31,125 nucleotides of DNA, from positions 1 through 31,125 of IMG/VR virus record IMGVR_UViG_3300027887_000038, one strand, 5' to 3'. Source of the DNA: a virus (taxonomy: Duplodnaviria > Caudoviricetes). The notes under the pieces were generated by a model. That model had not been told where the DNA came from, ran no database searches, and worked only from the letters and a program-made list of their open reading frames with translations. A program made the translations under genes and the position numbers. This document shows positions 18,867 to 26,726 of this stretch, piece after piece (within the stretch, counting starts at the first letter, position 1; each line of letters begins with the position of its first letter).

Positions 18867-19192
18867 AGTTCAGGAAGCCCCAAGTGGAAGCCCCGCCCAT
18901 CAACCCGACTCTGATGTCGAACCTGGCCACCGATCCAGAGAGGCTCATGCCGGAGTCGCTTCGCCAAGTCTTGGCCCAGAGCGAGCCCGCGCGCGTGGAT
19001 CCGGTGTCAAAGTACGGCGCCCCGCTGCTCGACTCCTCGGGAAAGTGGCTGAGGCACTTTGTTGACGTTCGCGGCGGGAAGGCCCACACGCTCTGTGGGC
19101 TGGAATTGGTCGGTGTGGATCGACGGGCCGGTGTGAGCGCCACCTGTCCGAAGTGTGCGGATGAACATACAAGACTTCGTGGAGGTTGGTAA
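18851..19192 (+). CDS. Small putative zinc-binding protein (start uncertain)
   Basis: H...HTLCG...TCPKC; fills the gap between neighbours, and its stop overlaps the next ATG (TAATG). Confidence 0.55.
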   Translation: MRCVLEFRKPQVEAPPINPTLMSNLATDPERLMPESLRQVLAQSEPARVDPVSKYGAPLLDSSGKWLRHFVDVRGGKAHTLCGLELVGVDRRAGVSATCPKCADEHTRLRGGW

Positions 19193-20508
19193 TGGCACTA
19201 AATAGCGCGATTGTTTGGGAAATTCGCACCACCGGCAGCGACAACAACGGCGGCGGGTTTAAGACAGGTGCGTCTGGGACCGATTATTCTCAGCAGGCGT
19301 CGGCCCAGAAGAGCAGCACTGACCTTGCCGTTCACTCGTCCACGAACACGATGGTGAAGCCCAACGCGGCCGGGGTTTCCGCCAACGATGTCGGGAACGT
19401 GGTCCAGATCACCGCAGGAACGGGGTGGACCGCCGGCTTCTACGAGATCGTGTCGCAGGACGGTACCTGGTGGACGCTGGACCGGTCGCCGTCTGCGGCG
19501 GGCAATGCGAACCTAGCCACCTACGCCATGGGTGGCTGCCTCCTGTCCCCCGGGAAAATTGGCGGGATAGTCCTTACCGGCCACATCGTCTACCTCGCGT
19601 ACGGTAGCTATACGATCTCGTCCGCCACATATAACGTGGCCGCTGGATGCGTCCAGACCACGGCCGGTAGGGCCATTTTTGTCGGATACGACTCGACCCG
19701 CACGGTGTACAATACCGACTCCAATCGCCCGACATTCACCATGGGGGTGGGGGTCACCAGCACTTCCGCATTCCACGGCTACAACTACTCGCATTTCAGG
19801 AACATCATCGTCGACTGCGCCAGCCGGACAAGCTCTAACGGCTTCCAGGGCGGCGCCCTCTTCACCCGGTGCAAGGTAATAAACACCGCCAACGCCGGGT
19901 TCTACACTGGGACGGCCTATGGCTGTGAGGTCACGTCTTCGGGCGGCGCTGGCGCGTTCTACAACAACTGGTGCTATCGGTGCAGCGCCCACGGGAACTC
20001 CTGCCATTCATATGAAAGCAGCTACTCCTACGAGTGCGTAGCCTACGGGAACACCAACATTGGGTTCTACGAAGGAATTGCCATCAACTGCGTGGCCTAC
20101 GGAAACACCGGGGCTAATGTTCATGGATTTGTTCGACAGAACTACGACGGCTACTGGATCAACTGCATCTCCGTCGGCAACGGCGGGTACGGGTTTCAGA
20201 ACCAGTACACCAATCACTGGGCTGGGATGATGGTGAACTGCTTCACCTACAACAACACGTCTGGGGGTATCTACCAGAGCGCCTGGGAAGCTGGAAACGT
20301 CACCGGGTCGGCCGACCCGTTCACCAACGCGGCGTCCCAGGACTTCTCGCTCAATAACACGGCCGGGGGCGGGGCTGCCTGTAGGAACGCCGGAATTCAG
20401 AGCTTCTCCACGGATCTAAACGCTAGCATGTTGAGCTACGTCGACATCGGCATGGCTCGACATCAGGACGCTGGTGGAGCAGGCGGCGGTTCTGCTGTGT
20501 GGGCCTGA
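19192..20508 (+). CDS. Right-handed parallel beta-helix (pectin-lyase-like) protein, possible tailspike/depolymerase (438 aa)
   Basis: GGAGG upstream of ATG 19192; repeating C.AYGN...GF coils; C-terminal DPFTNAASQDFSL...VDIG; no signal peptide. Confidence 0.8.
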   Translation: MALNSAIVWEIRTTGSDNNGGGFKTGASGTDYSQQASAQKSSTDLAVHSSTNTMVKPNAAGVSANDVGNVVQITAGTGWTAGFYEIVSQDGTWWTLDRSPSAAGNANLATYAMGGCLLSPGKIGGIVLTGHIVYLAYGSYTISSATYNVAAGCVQTTAGRAIFVGYDSTRTVYNTDSNRPTFTMGVGVTSTSAFHGYNYSHFRNIIVDCASRTSSNGFQGGALFTRCKVINTANAGFYTGTAYGCEVTSSGGAGAFYNNWCYRCSAHGNSCHSYESSYSYECVAYGNTNIGFYEGIAINCVAYGNTGANVHGFVRQNYDGYWINCISVGNGGYGFQNQYTNHWAGMMVNCFTYNNTSGGIYQSAWEAGNVTGSADPFTNAASQDFSLNNTAGGGAACRNAGIQSFSTDLNASMLSYVDIGMARHQDAGGAGGGSAVWA

Positions 20509-20519
20509 GGGGAAGAACC

Positions 20520-23500
20520 ATGAGAACGATCCTGATTTGGCTCGCACTCTCGGCACTTCCTGTTTTCGGGCTCGACAACTGCGTCAGGCTGACTGAAGGG
20601 GCCTCCCAGGCTCAGACGAACCGCCCTATTACTATCTATCGCTTCTTCGCCAAGGGTGAGATCGCGAACTACCCGAGGCCGAAAGTGGATGGGGATTTCC
20701 CAGGCGCGTGGCAGGCCGACGTGAAGAACCGCTGGCAGGACAACAGCGTCCAGGCGGCGTACATCTCGTGGCGGCAGTCCTTCATTTCTGGCCAGACAGT
20801 GACGGCGTGCTTTGAAGACTCCGCCAGCACGAGCAGCGACCCGTCCAACCCCGGGCTCACGCAAACAGAGTTGGTCAACTTCAACACCGGCGGCGGTACC
20901 GGGTCGTGGGACGTGGCCGTCTCGACGACACTGGCCGGCATCGAGCACGTGATGAACGCGAAGACCATGATCTCTGGAGGGGCGTTCTCGTACTGGCTCC
21001 GTGGTCCCGTCGTCACGCGAGTGCTCGTCGAGGACACCACCAGTCCGAATCCCCTCTACGACACCGGTTACGAGTACGACTTCACGGAGAACACTTCTGA
21101 CGGCTGGACAGCCCCGCTTGGGACATGGATGAACTCAAGCGTGGCGAAGTGGCACATGTTGACGTGGCAACCGATGAGGATCTCAGGAAGCAGCGTCACC
21201 AAGGGAGCCACCACAACATTTACTCGCGCCGCCCATGGGCTGACCAACGACCAGTCCGTTGGCATTTACTGCGGAACACAGATCGGCTACGGTAACTGCT
21301 CGGCCAACTGGAGCACGGTGCAGGCCGAGTACACCATCACGGTCACCGGGCCAGACACCTTCACGATCCCGCTCGACTCCTCGGCCTGGGCCGCACCGTC
21401 GTCATCCGACTACTTCAACTTCGCGGCATCGAGATTCCAACTGGGTGTTGGCGACGCGAACACATATAACCCGGACAACGCACTCGCCTTCCGGCTGAAC
21501 GGGAAGCAGTACGAGGTCCTGGTGCGCGACGGCGGCGTCCAAACCACGTTCGCCCTGACCGCTTATGTCTCGGACTCCAGCAATCTGGGCGACCAACTGC
21601 CGTCTTATGCCTCTTTCGTTGCCGATGGCGCGGCAAAGAGGATCACCGTGTTCTACTGGCGTGGGGGAGAATCCCAACAAACGATAACGGCCTGTCCTTC
21701 AGGTTGCGACATTACGGTGTCCGCGGATTTCTTCAGCAAGTCGTTCCTGCCACTGAAGGTCAGCACAGACGGTAGCGGGAACGCGGTGCCCATGCAGGCG
21801 GCAAACCTGCTTCGCGGCTCCCGATGGAAGGAGCCCACCGCCGAGAAATACAAAAGTTTTCACCCGACATTCATGTTGTCTTTCTACCCGGCAACGGGCG
21901 GAGCCAGCCCTTGGTCCGGGGTTGAAGCGGAGACCATCCTGATGAACCCTTGGACCAGCCGGTTCCAGGGCTTGTTTCTAGAGAACCTGTCAATCAGGAC
22001 CGAGGCGACTCTCTCGACGGAGCAGTTCAGCCAGAACTATTGGGTCCTTTCAGCCACAGGGGCCTTCTCGCGGGTGGTGTGGAGCGGAACGCCGCCGGCA
22101 CGTATCGACTACGATTTCAACCTGGACTACATGGTTCATTCGAGGATTATCCCGCCGTTCGATTCGCGGAACCCCGAGCCGGAATCCACGTTGACGACTC
22201 TTCTGTCCGATTACGACAGTTCGGTTGGCACTGAGGACGTACAGCATTGCATCACCCAGCAAGCCAACTGCAACGGCGGATACTCCTGCTGCGGGTTGTG
22301 GCTGAAATCCATGGGAGCAGCCGGCGGGCGCGGAGATCTGGGTCTCCATCCCAACTGGTACGCCATGGTGTTGTTCACCATGGGGAACAGCAATTACGCG
22401 CTTCAGAAACGCCGTGACGCCTGGGACAAGTTGCTCGTCGGAAACGGGGATGCCGGATTCAGTTGGACGATCCACCACCGGGAGTCAGACACCAGCTACC
22501 CCACCTACAACTACCCTGGTGACGCCTCGGCTTCATCCTTTGGGAGGTACATCAGCCTCCGCGCCAGACCACAACTGTTCAACCTGGGTCGATGGGCCGA
22601 TCCAGGTGGAGCGCAAGCCTTCTCTCCATCCTGCACGGCGGTTCCATGCAGTTGGGCTCACCCTGACGCAATCTACCGCAGAAATGACGGCAAGGACACT
22701 GCCCATCAGCCGAATGTTTCGGCGCTGCCGTTTCTCCTTACCGGACGCTACAGCTACCTCCTCTCAGTGTGGGCTTGGGCGAGCTTCAACATCTCCAGCG
22801 CCAGTCCCGGCTGTGGGGCTGTCGGAGCCAGATGCAACGACCTGGGCGTGGACTATCTGGATGGAGCCCTTCGTGGCATGGCCTGGAATCTGCGTTCTTA
22901 CGTGTACGCGGCGGTCCTGACTCCGGACGGCATGCCTGAGAAGGATTACTTCAGGCACATCGCCAGGGTGCAGGATGAGTTCTTCGAGGGGCAGTTCGGC
23001 ATCACGAACGGCAATGCCACTTCCACCACGTGCACGGGGGCCGATGTCGTCGGCCAAGCCACCGACTATGCCAGTTCGACGCACTCCCCGTTCTCCAACA
23101 ACGCCACCAATGGGATGGTCCCCAACGGCTACAACCGCCGTTTTGGTCTGGTCGAGGGAGGCATAGCGGCAGGCTACAAGCCCACGATCACCATCAACGG
23201 AACTCAGGTTCCGGCTGCAAGTGTTTGCCTGCAGGGAACGGTTGGATGTTCCTGGTACTACAGACCCGGAGATGCCTTTGTGGAGCAGGACGCCTCCCTG
23301 CCGCCGCTCGCGTTGGGCGACACGATCAGCGTTACTGGTTACCGCACTAGATTCTCATCACCGTGGTGTGCCGGATACAACTTTACGAACGGCTACTCTG
23401 GGGCGCTTGGCTTCCCGGGAATCTGGAATAGCCCAAGGTACGACAACCCGCAGGTCAACGAGTACACGTCCAACCCGCCGTGGGCGAACGCACCACACAA

Positions 23501-24443
23501 CGGCATCGGCAATGGGGGGCAGGCTTGGTACATGAGCGTCTTCATGGGCGAGGTCTATGCATGGGCAAGGTCGCTTGGCATACAGTCCACCGGGGCAAAG
23601 ACGATGTTCCAGTTCTCTGGCGAGAGGATGGCAAGTTGGTTCATCGGCCTCGCCACCTCCAGATTCACCAACAAGCTCTGGCTCTCACTCTACAGTGGAC
23701 CATCTTGGAACAAGGACGGCCGGCCCTTCCAGAACTGGTCGGAAATCGCCGAATATGTCGTCCCGACCTTGACCTTGACGAACGCAATTGACTCTGCAAC
23801 CACATCCATCGCCGTCACTGCCGCCAAGGGACCATTTTTCATCGCCGCGCTCAACAGCACACCCGTGTATTGGAAGGTGGACAACGAGTACATCCGTGTC
23901 TGTTCATGGACGGGGAATACGGCCACCGCCACGGTTTGCCCTGATGGGCGTGGCTACCTTGGCACCGCCGCTGCGGAACACAGCCAGGGTGCGTCGATCC
24001 AGGTGTACCCGATCTTCCACAACACAGTGGATTATACGGCCAATGCGCTCATGGCTTTGGCATTCGCGCAGGATATCAAGACGCCGACAGGCAGCGGCAA
24101 GCAGGCTTGGGAAAACCTTGTCTCGGTGATCCACGACTACAACACCTCGAGCTGGAATAACCAGCCTAAGCTCCGGATCAGGGCGAAGGACGAGATCGCC
24201 AACCTCCGGGTCGCCACCGCAGCGAGCTCAGTGACACTGCGTTACGTGGCGCCGGACGGACGGGCCTGCAAGTACGCTGTCGCGCCTGGTCTGTCCTCCA
24301 GCGACGACTCCTCTGACACGAGCGACGGAGGAGGCAGCCGGGAGAGGGCGGTGACAGTCTCCGGCCTCAACGGCGGTCAATCCTATGCCTACCGTGTTAC
24401 CTGCGGGACTGCTCGAAAGACGAACCAGGTTGTGGTGCCGTAA
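20520..24443 (+). CDS. Large multidomain protein with a predicted signal peptide (1307 aa); possible alpha-toroid glycan-processing scaffold with inserted phage beta-modules
   Basis: MRTILIWLALSALPVFG|L; N-terminal QADVKNRWQDNSV and WLRGPVVT (YetA/PcRGLX-like beta region); GGRGDLG, DTAHQP..LPFLLTG, LRGMAWNLR; FN3-like C-terminus (LNGGQSYAYRVTC). Confidence 0.75.
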   Translation: MRTILIWLALSALPVFGLDNCVRLTEGASQAQTNRPITIYRFFAKGEIANYPRPKVDGDFPGAWQADVKNRWQDNSVQAAYISWRQSFISGQTVTACFEDSASTSSDPSNPGLTQTELVNFNTGGGTGSWDVAVSTTLAGIEHVMNAKTMISGGAFSYWLRGPVVTRVLVEDTTSPNPLYDTGYEYDFTENTSDGWTAPLGTWMNSSVAKWHMLTWQPMRISGSSVTKGATTTFTRAAHGLTNDQSVGIYCGTQIGYGNCSANWSTVQAEYTITVTGPDTFTIPLDSSAWAAPSSSDYFNFAASRFQLGVGDANTYNPDNALAFRLNGKQYEVLVRDGGVQTTFALTAYVSDSSNLGDQLPSYASFVADGAAKRITVFYWRGGESQQTITACPSGCDITVSADFFSKSFLPLKVSTDGSGNAVPMQAANLLRGSRWKEPTAEKYKSFHPTFMLSFYPATGGASPWSGVEAETILMNPWTSRFQGLFLENLSIRTEATLSTEQFSQNYWVLSATGAFSRVVWSGTPPARIDYDFNLDYMVHSRIIPPFDSRNPEPESTLTTLLSDYDSSVGTEDVQHCITQQANCNGGYSCCGLWLKSMGAAGGRGDLGLHPNWYAMVLFTMGNSNYALQKRRDAWDKLLVGNGDAGFSWTIHHRESDTSYPTYNYPGDASASSFGRYISLRARPQLFNLGRWADPGGAQAFSPSCTAVPCSWAHPDAIYRRNDGKDTAHQPNVSALPFLLTGRYSYLLSVWAWASFNISSASPGCGAVGARCNDLGVDYLDGALRGMAWNLRSYVYAAVLTPDGMPEKDYFRHIARVQDEFFEGQFGITNGNATSTTCTGADVVGQATDYASSTHSPFSNNATNGMVPNGYNRRFGLVEGGIAAGYKPTITINGTQVPAASVCLQGTVGCSWYYRPGDAFVEQDASLPPLALGDTISVTGYRTRFSSPWCAGYNFTNGYSGALGFPGIWNSPRYDNPQVNEYTSNPPWANAPHNGIGNGGQAWYMSVFMGEVYAWARSLGIQSTGAKTMFQFSGERMASWFIGLATSRFTNKLWLSLYSGPSWNKDGRPFQNWSEIAEYVVPTLTLTNAIDSATTSIAVTAAKGPFFIAALNSTPVYWKVDNEYIRVCSWTGNTATATVCPDGRGYLGTAAAEHSQGASIQVYPIFHNTVDYTANALMALAFAQDIKTPTGSGKQAWENLVSVIHDYNTSSWNNQPKLRIRAKDEIANLRVATAASSVTLRYVAPDGRACKYAVAPGLSSSDDSSDTSDGGGSRERAVTVSGLNGGQSYAYRVTCGTARKTNQVVVP

Positions 24444-24444
24444 G

Positions 24445-24561
24445 GTGACGGCATTGAGATTCCCCATCCACTATCACAACCGGCCTCTCGACGTGCTGAT
24501 GGTGATTCTGATTCTGCTGGGAATCCTGGTGATGGTGTTCGACGTTCGGTGGTGGCGATAA
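24445..24561 (+). CDS. 38-aa single-transmembrane peptide (below the ORF-track cutoff)
   Basis: GTG start 1 nt after the previous stop; MTALRFPIHYHNRPLDVLMVILILLGILVMVFDVRWWR*; fills the intergenic gap exactly. Confidence 0.55.
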   Translation: MTALRFPIHYHNRPLDVLMVILILLGILVMVFDVRWWR

Positions 24562-24594
24562 ATGGAAGTACAAATCAAAGTGACTGGCTGTAAC

Positions 24595-24783
24595 ATGAGC
24601 AAAGACACACTGACTACGGTAACCGGCGTCATACTTGGCGCTCTGATCGCGGCCAATATCGACTGGGCCAAAGCGACTGCCGGCGATAAAGGCGAGATCA
24701 TGAAGGCCATCGGGGCGGCGTTGGTCGCGTTCCACGGCTACCTGACCAACAAAAGCGACACGCCTCCCGCCGCGAAGGGATAG
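24595..24783 (+). CDS. Putative holin-like protein with two hydrophobic segments (alternative start 24562)
   Basis: TLTTVTGVILGALIAA and AIGAALVAFHGYLTNK; 62 aa; located after the tail genes. Confidence 0.6.
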   Translation: MSKDTLTTVTGVILGALIAANIDWAKATAGDKGEIMKAIGAALVAFHGYLTNKSDTPPAAKG

Positions 24784-24787
24784 CGCC

Positions 24788-25138
24788 ATGGCAGCCATCG
24801 CAATACCAATCATTGCCGCCGCCGCTCCATTGATCGCCCCACTGATCACGAGTTTGATCAACAAGGTCGAGGGACTCTTCGGAGCCAAGACAGGGCCAGC
24901 AAAACTCGAGGCGGTCGTCGGCGCGACTCAGCAGATCACGCAGGCTCTCAGCGCGGCTGGCAAACTCCCCGGTGTGTTGACGGCCGACCAGATCACCGCA
25001 ATGGTCGAGGCGATGGTGCAGGCGCTCAAGGCGCAGGGCCAATTGACGACCTCCGCTACAGCCGTTACGCCAGTCGTCATTGAAGGCTCGACGACCTACG
25101 AAATCACGGGTGGCACAATTGTGCTGCTCAAGAAATAA
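24788..25138 (+). CDS. Putative holin-like/membrane-associated protein
   Basis: Hydrophobic N-terminus, then VEGLFGAKTGPAKLEAV and ITAMVEAMVQAL, reminiscent of LL-H-type holins. Confidence 0.55.
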   Translation: MAAIAIPIIAAAAPLIAPLITSLINKVEGLFGAKTGPAKLEAVVGATQQITQALSAAGKLPGVLTADQITAMVEAMVQALKAQGQLTTSATAVTPVVIEGSTTYEITGGTIVLLKK

Positions 25139-25149
25139 GAAAGGACTTT

Positions 25150-25575
25150 ATGACTCAGTTCAAGCGATACGGGATCATTCGCAACATCAACGCCGCTGGC
25201 GTAAATGAGATGTATCTCTCGACCTACGCAGAGGCAAAAGCACTCCAAAAGTACTACGAGGCTTGCGGCGCGAAGAACCTGGAGATCTTCGTGGCCCTCA
25301 TGGGGGACGTGGCGCAACCCGAGGAGATCATCGGTGGACCGGAAGCATCCGCCGACAAACTGCCGTGGACGATCACGGTGAGGGGAGCCACGCTGCGATC
25401 CAATGTCGCCGATGCGATTGCGGTTCTCAAGGCGGGCCAGCCGAACATCGTCCAGACCACTCAGCGCGTCCTCAGTGACATCGGCCTCTTGTGGGGATTC
25501 ATCGACGGTCCCGACTGGCGCTTCCAGGCCGACGTGGCGGCGCACCAGGCCCAGATGCAGGCGTGCGGGCTCTAG
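25150..25575 (+). CDS. Hypothetical protein (141 aa)
   Basis: AAGGA RBS, coding-like codon bias, no recognised motif. Confidence 0.7.
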   Translation: MTQFKRYGIIRNINAAGVNEMYLSTYAEAKALQKYYEACGAKNLEIFVALMGDVAQPEEIIGGPEASADKLPWTITVRGATLRSNVADAIAVLKAGQPNIVQTTQRVLSDIGLLWGFIDGPDWRFQADVAAHQAQMQACGL

Positions 25576-25582
25576 CAAGGCC

Positions 25583-25743
25583 ATGGCGGCGCAGGATGGC
25601 CTGTCAGAGGTGGAGCGTAAGCTCATGGCCCTCGCCTCCGAGGTTGCCGTCCTGCGCGCCTAGTATTTGTGATTGCTCTGATCGGCGCCCTAACCGGCCT
25701 CACGTCCGTACTGCTCGATCTACTGACGCGAGCCACTAGATGA
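25583..25743 (+). pseudogene. Frameshifted small coiled-coil plus transmembrane gene
   Basis: MAAQDGLSEVERKLMALASEVAVLRA ends at TAG 25661-25663; the -1 frame continues LVFVIALIGALTGLTSVLLDLLTRATR* to 25743. Confidence 0.5.
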
Positions 25744-25866
25744 GGCGTTATGGCTCCAGACATCATCTTCAGTTCGGCCGCGCAAGCAAACTGTCATCGC
25801 CTGGGCAACCGTTGGCGGTTTCAGTTCGCATTCATCCGATTTATCGTCGGCAGAGATAGGTGGCCC

Positions 25867-26250
25867 ATGTACCATACCCTCGCAGCATTCATGTTGTGGG
25901 CCTCCTTGGAATCGATCCCGAATCTTCCAGGTGTCGGCGGCGCTCTCCAGGATTCCATTGCGTTGGGATTCGCTATCCTTTTTTGGGTTGCGCTGACGAG
26001 ATCCTATCGCGAACATCGCCGGGATCTGAACGAGCGGGACCGGATTCACTCAGATCGGATTGAGAAGATGGTCATGAACTTAGAGGCGCGGGAGGAGCGA
26101 GCCTTGAAAGTGCTTGAGGCCAACATGACCATGAAAGGCCAGATGATCGAAAGCTCGAACGAGCTGAAGTTGGCCGTCCGCGAGCTGCTGGACAAAAGGT
26201 TCTGCCCCTTCGACGGGGAGGCTCATCCGGCCCGCCAGAAGCAACCCTAG
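25867..26250 (+). CDS. Membrane protein with coiled coil, BhlA-like holin architecture (alternative start 25750)
   Basis: SIALGFAILFWVAL transmembrane segment followed by a charged coiled coil; last gene of the late cluster. Confidence 0.6.
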   Translation: MYHTLAAFMLWASLESIPNLPGVGGALQDSIALGFAILFWVALTRSYREHRRDLNERDRIHSDRIEKMVMNLEAREERALKVLEANMTMKGQMIESSNELKLAVRELLDKRFCPFDGEAHPARQKQP

Positions 26251-26376
26251 CGGGCCGCATCGCACGGTTCAGGGCAGGGCTCGCGCCCGCGCACGCACGG
26301 GCACGCGCTACCTTTTCTTCTGGGAATCTCGGCGCGAGTGCATCAGCCTTGCCTCCGGCTCCTTCGTCGGCGCCGC

Positions 26377-26396
26377 CTGTTCCGATTTCGGAACAG
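26377..26396. terminator. Hairpin/palindrome CTGTTCCG-ATTT-CGGAACAG, possible late-operon terminator or protein-binding site
   Basis: Perfect inverted repeat in the largest non-coding gap; no clear U-tract. Confidence 0.35.
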
Positions 26397-26467
26397 AGTT
26401 GATCGCGTGGAAGGTCAGGTGTAGCGGTAACCTGAATTTTCCATGATTTCAGACACTTACCTCTCCC

Positions 26468-26540
26468 TGCGCTCAACGCGCGCAGTTTTCCGTTGACAAC
26501 ATGCGCGCACTGAGTAATACTCATGTGCGTAATGAGCGCA
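26468..26540 (+). promoter_or_regulatory. Sigma70-type early promoter overlapped by three related 17-bp operator-like sites
   Basis: TTGACA at 26493-26498; imperfect -10 (TAATACT) at 26515-26521 inside the palindrome TGAGTA-A-TACTCA (26511-26523); related 17-mers at 26468-26484 (reverse), 26502-26518 and 26524-26540. Confidence 0.7.
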
Positions 26541-26717
26541 ACTGAGAAGTTAGCACAGCCTGAGGCGGACCGGGAGAGAATCAGCCCGATAGTCCGTACG
26601 GAGACGGCCCTCCGGCTCCGTATCCGAGCGGCCGTTACCGGCTGCACCCAGGGCGAGATACTGGACGCCCTGGTAATGGCTTACCTTCCTCCCCCGCCCG
26701 CCGATCCCGTCTCGTAG
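26532..26717 (+). CDS. Ribbon-helix-helix (Arc/CopG-like) DNA-binding protein (alternative start 26523)
   Basis: RERISPIV (strand), RTETALRLRIRAAVTG (helix), TQGEILDALVMAYL (helix); 61 aa; first gene after the promoter. Confidence 0.7.
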   Translation: MSATEKLAQPEADRERISPIVRTETALRLRIRAAVTGCTQGEILDALVMAYLPPPPADPVS

Positions 26718-26726
26718 GAGCATCCC

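Noticed and set aside
19900-20270. AAC-rich repeated segments suggesting a diversity-generating retroelement target
   Set aside because: Explained by beta-helix coils; no template/variable repeat pair differing at adenines and no reverse transcriptase seen in the window.
26415-26456. Minus-strand 13-codon ORF (VSEIMENSGYRYT) with a GGAGAGG RBS, a possible divergent repressor remnant
   Set aside because: Too short, and no repressor-like sequence in any reverse frame downstream.
25664-26520. tRNA or structured ncRNA in the non-coding gaps
   Set aside because: No cloverleaf or T-loop motif recognised; only one isolated hairpin.
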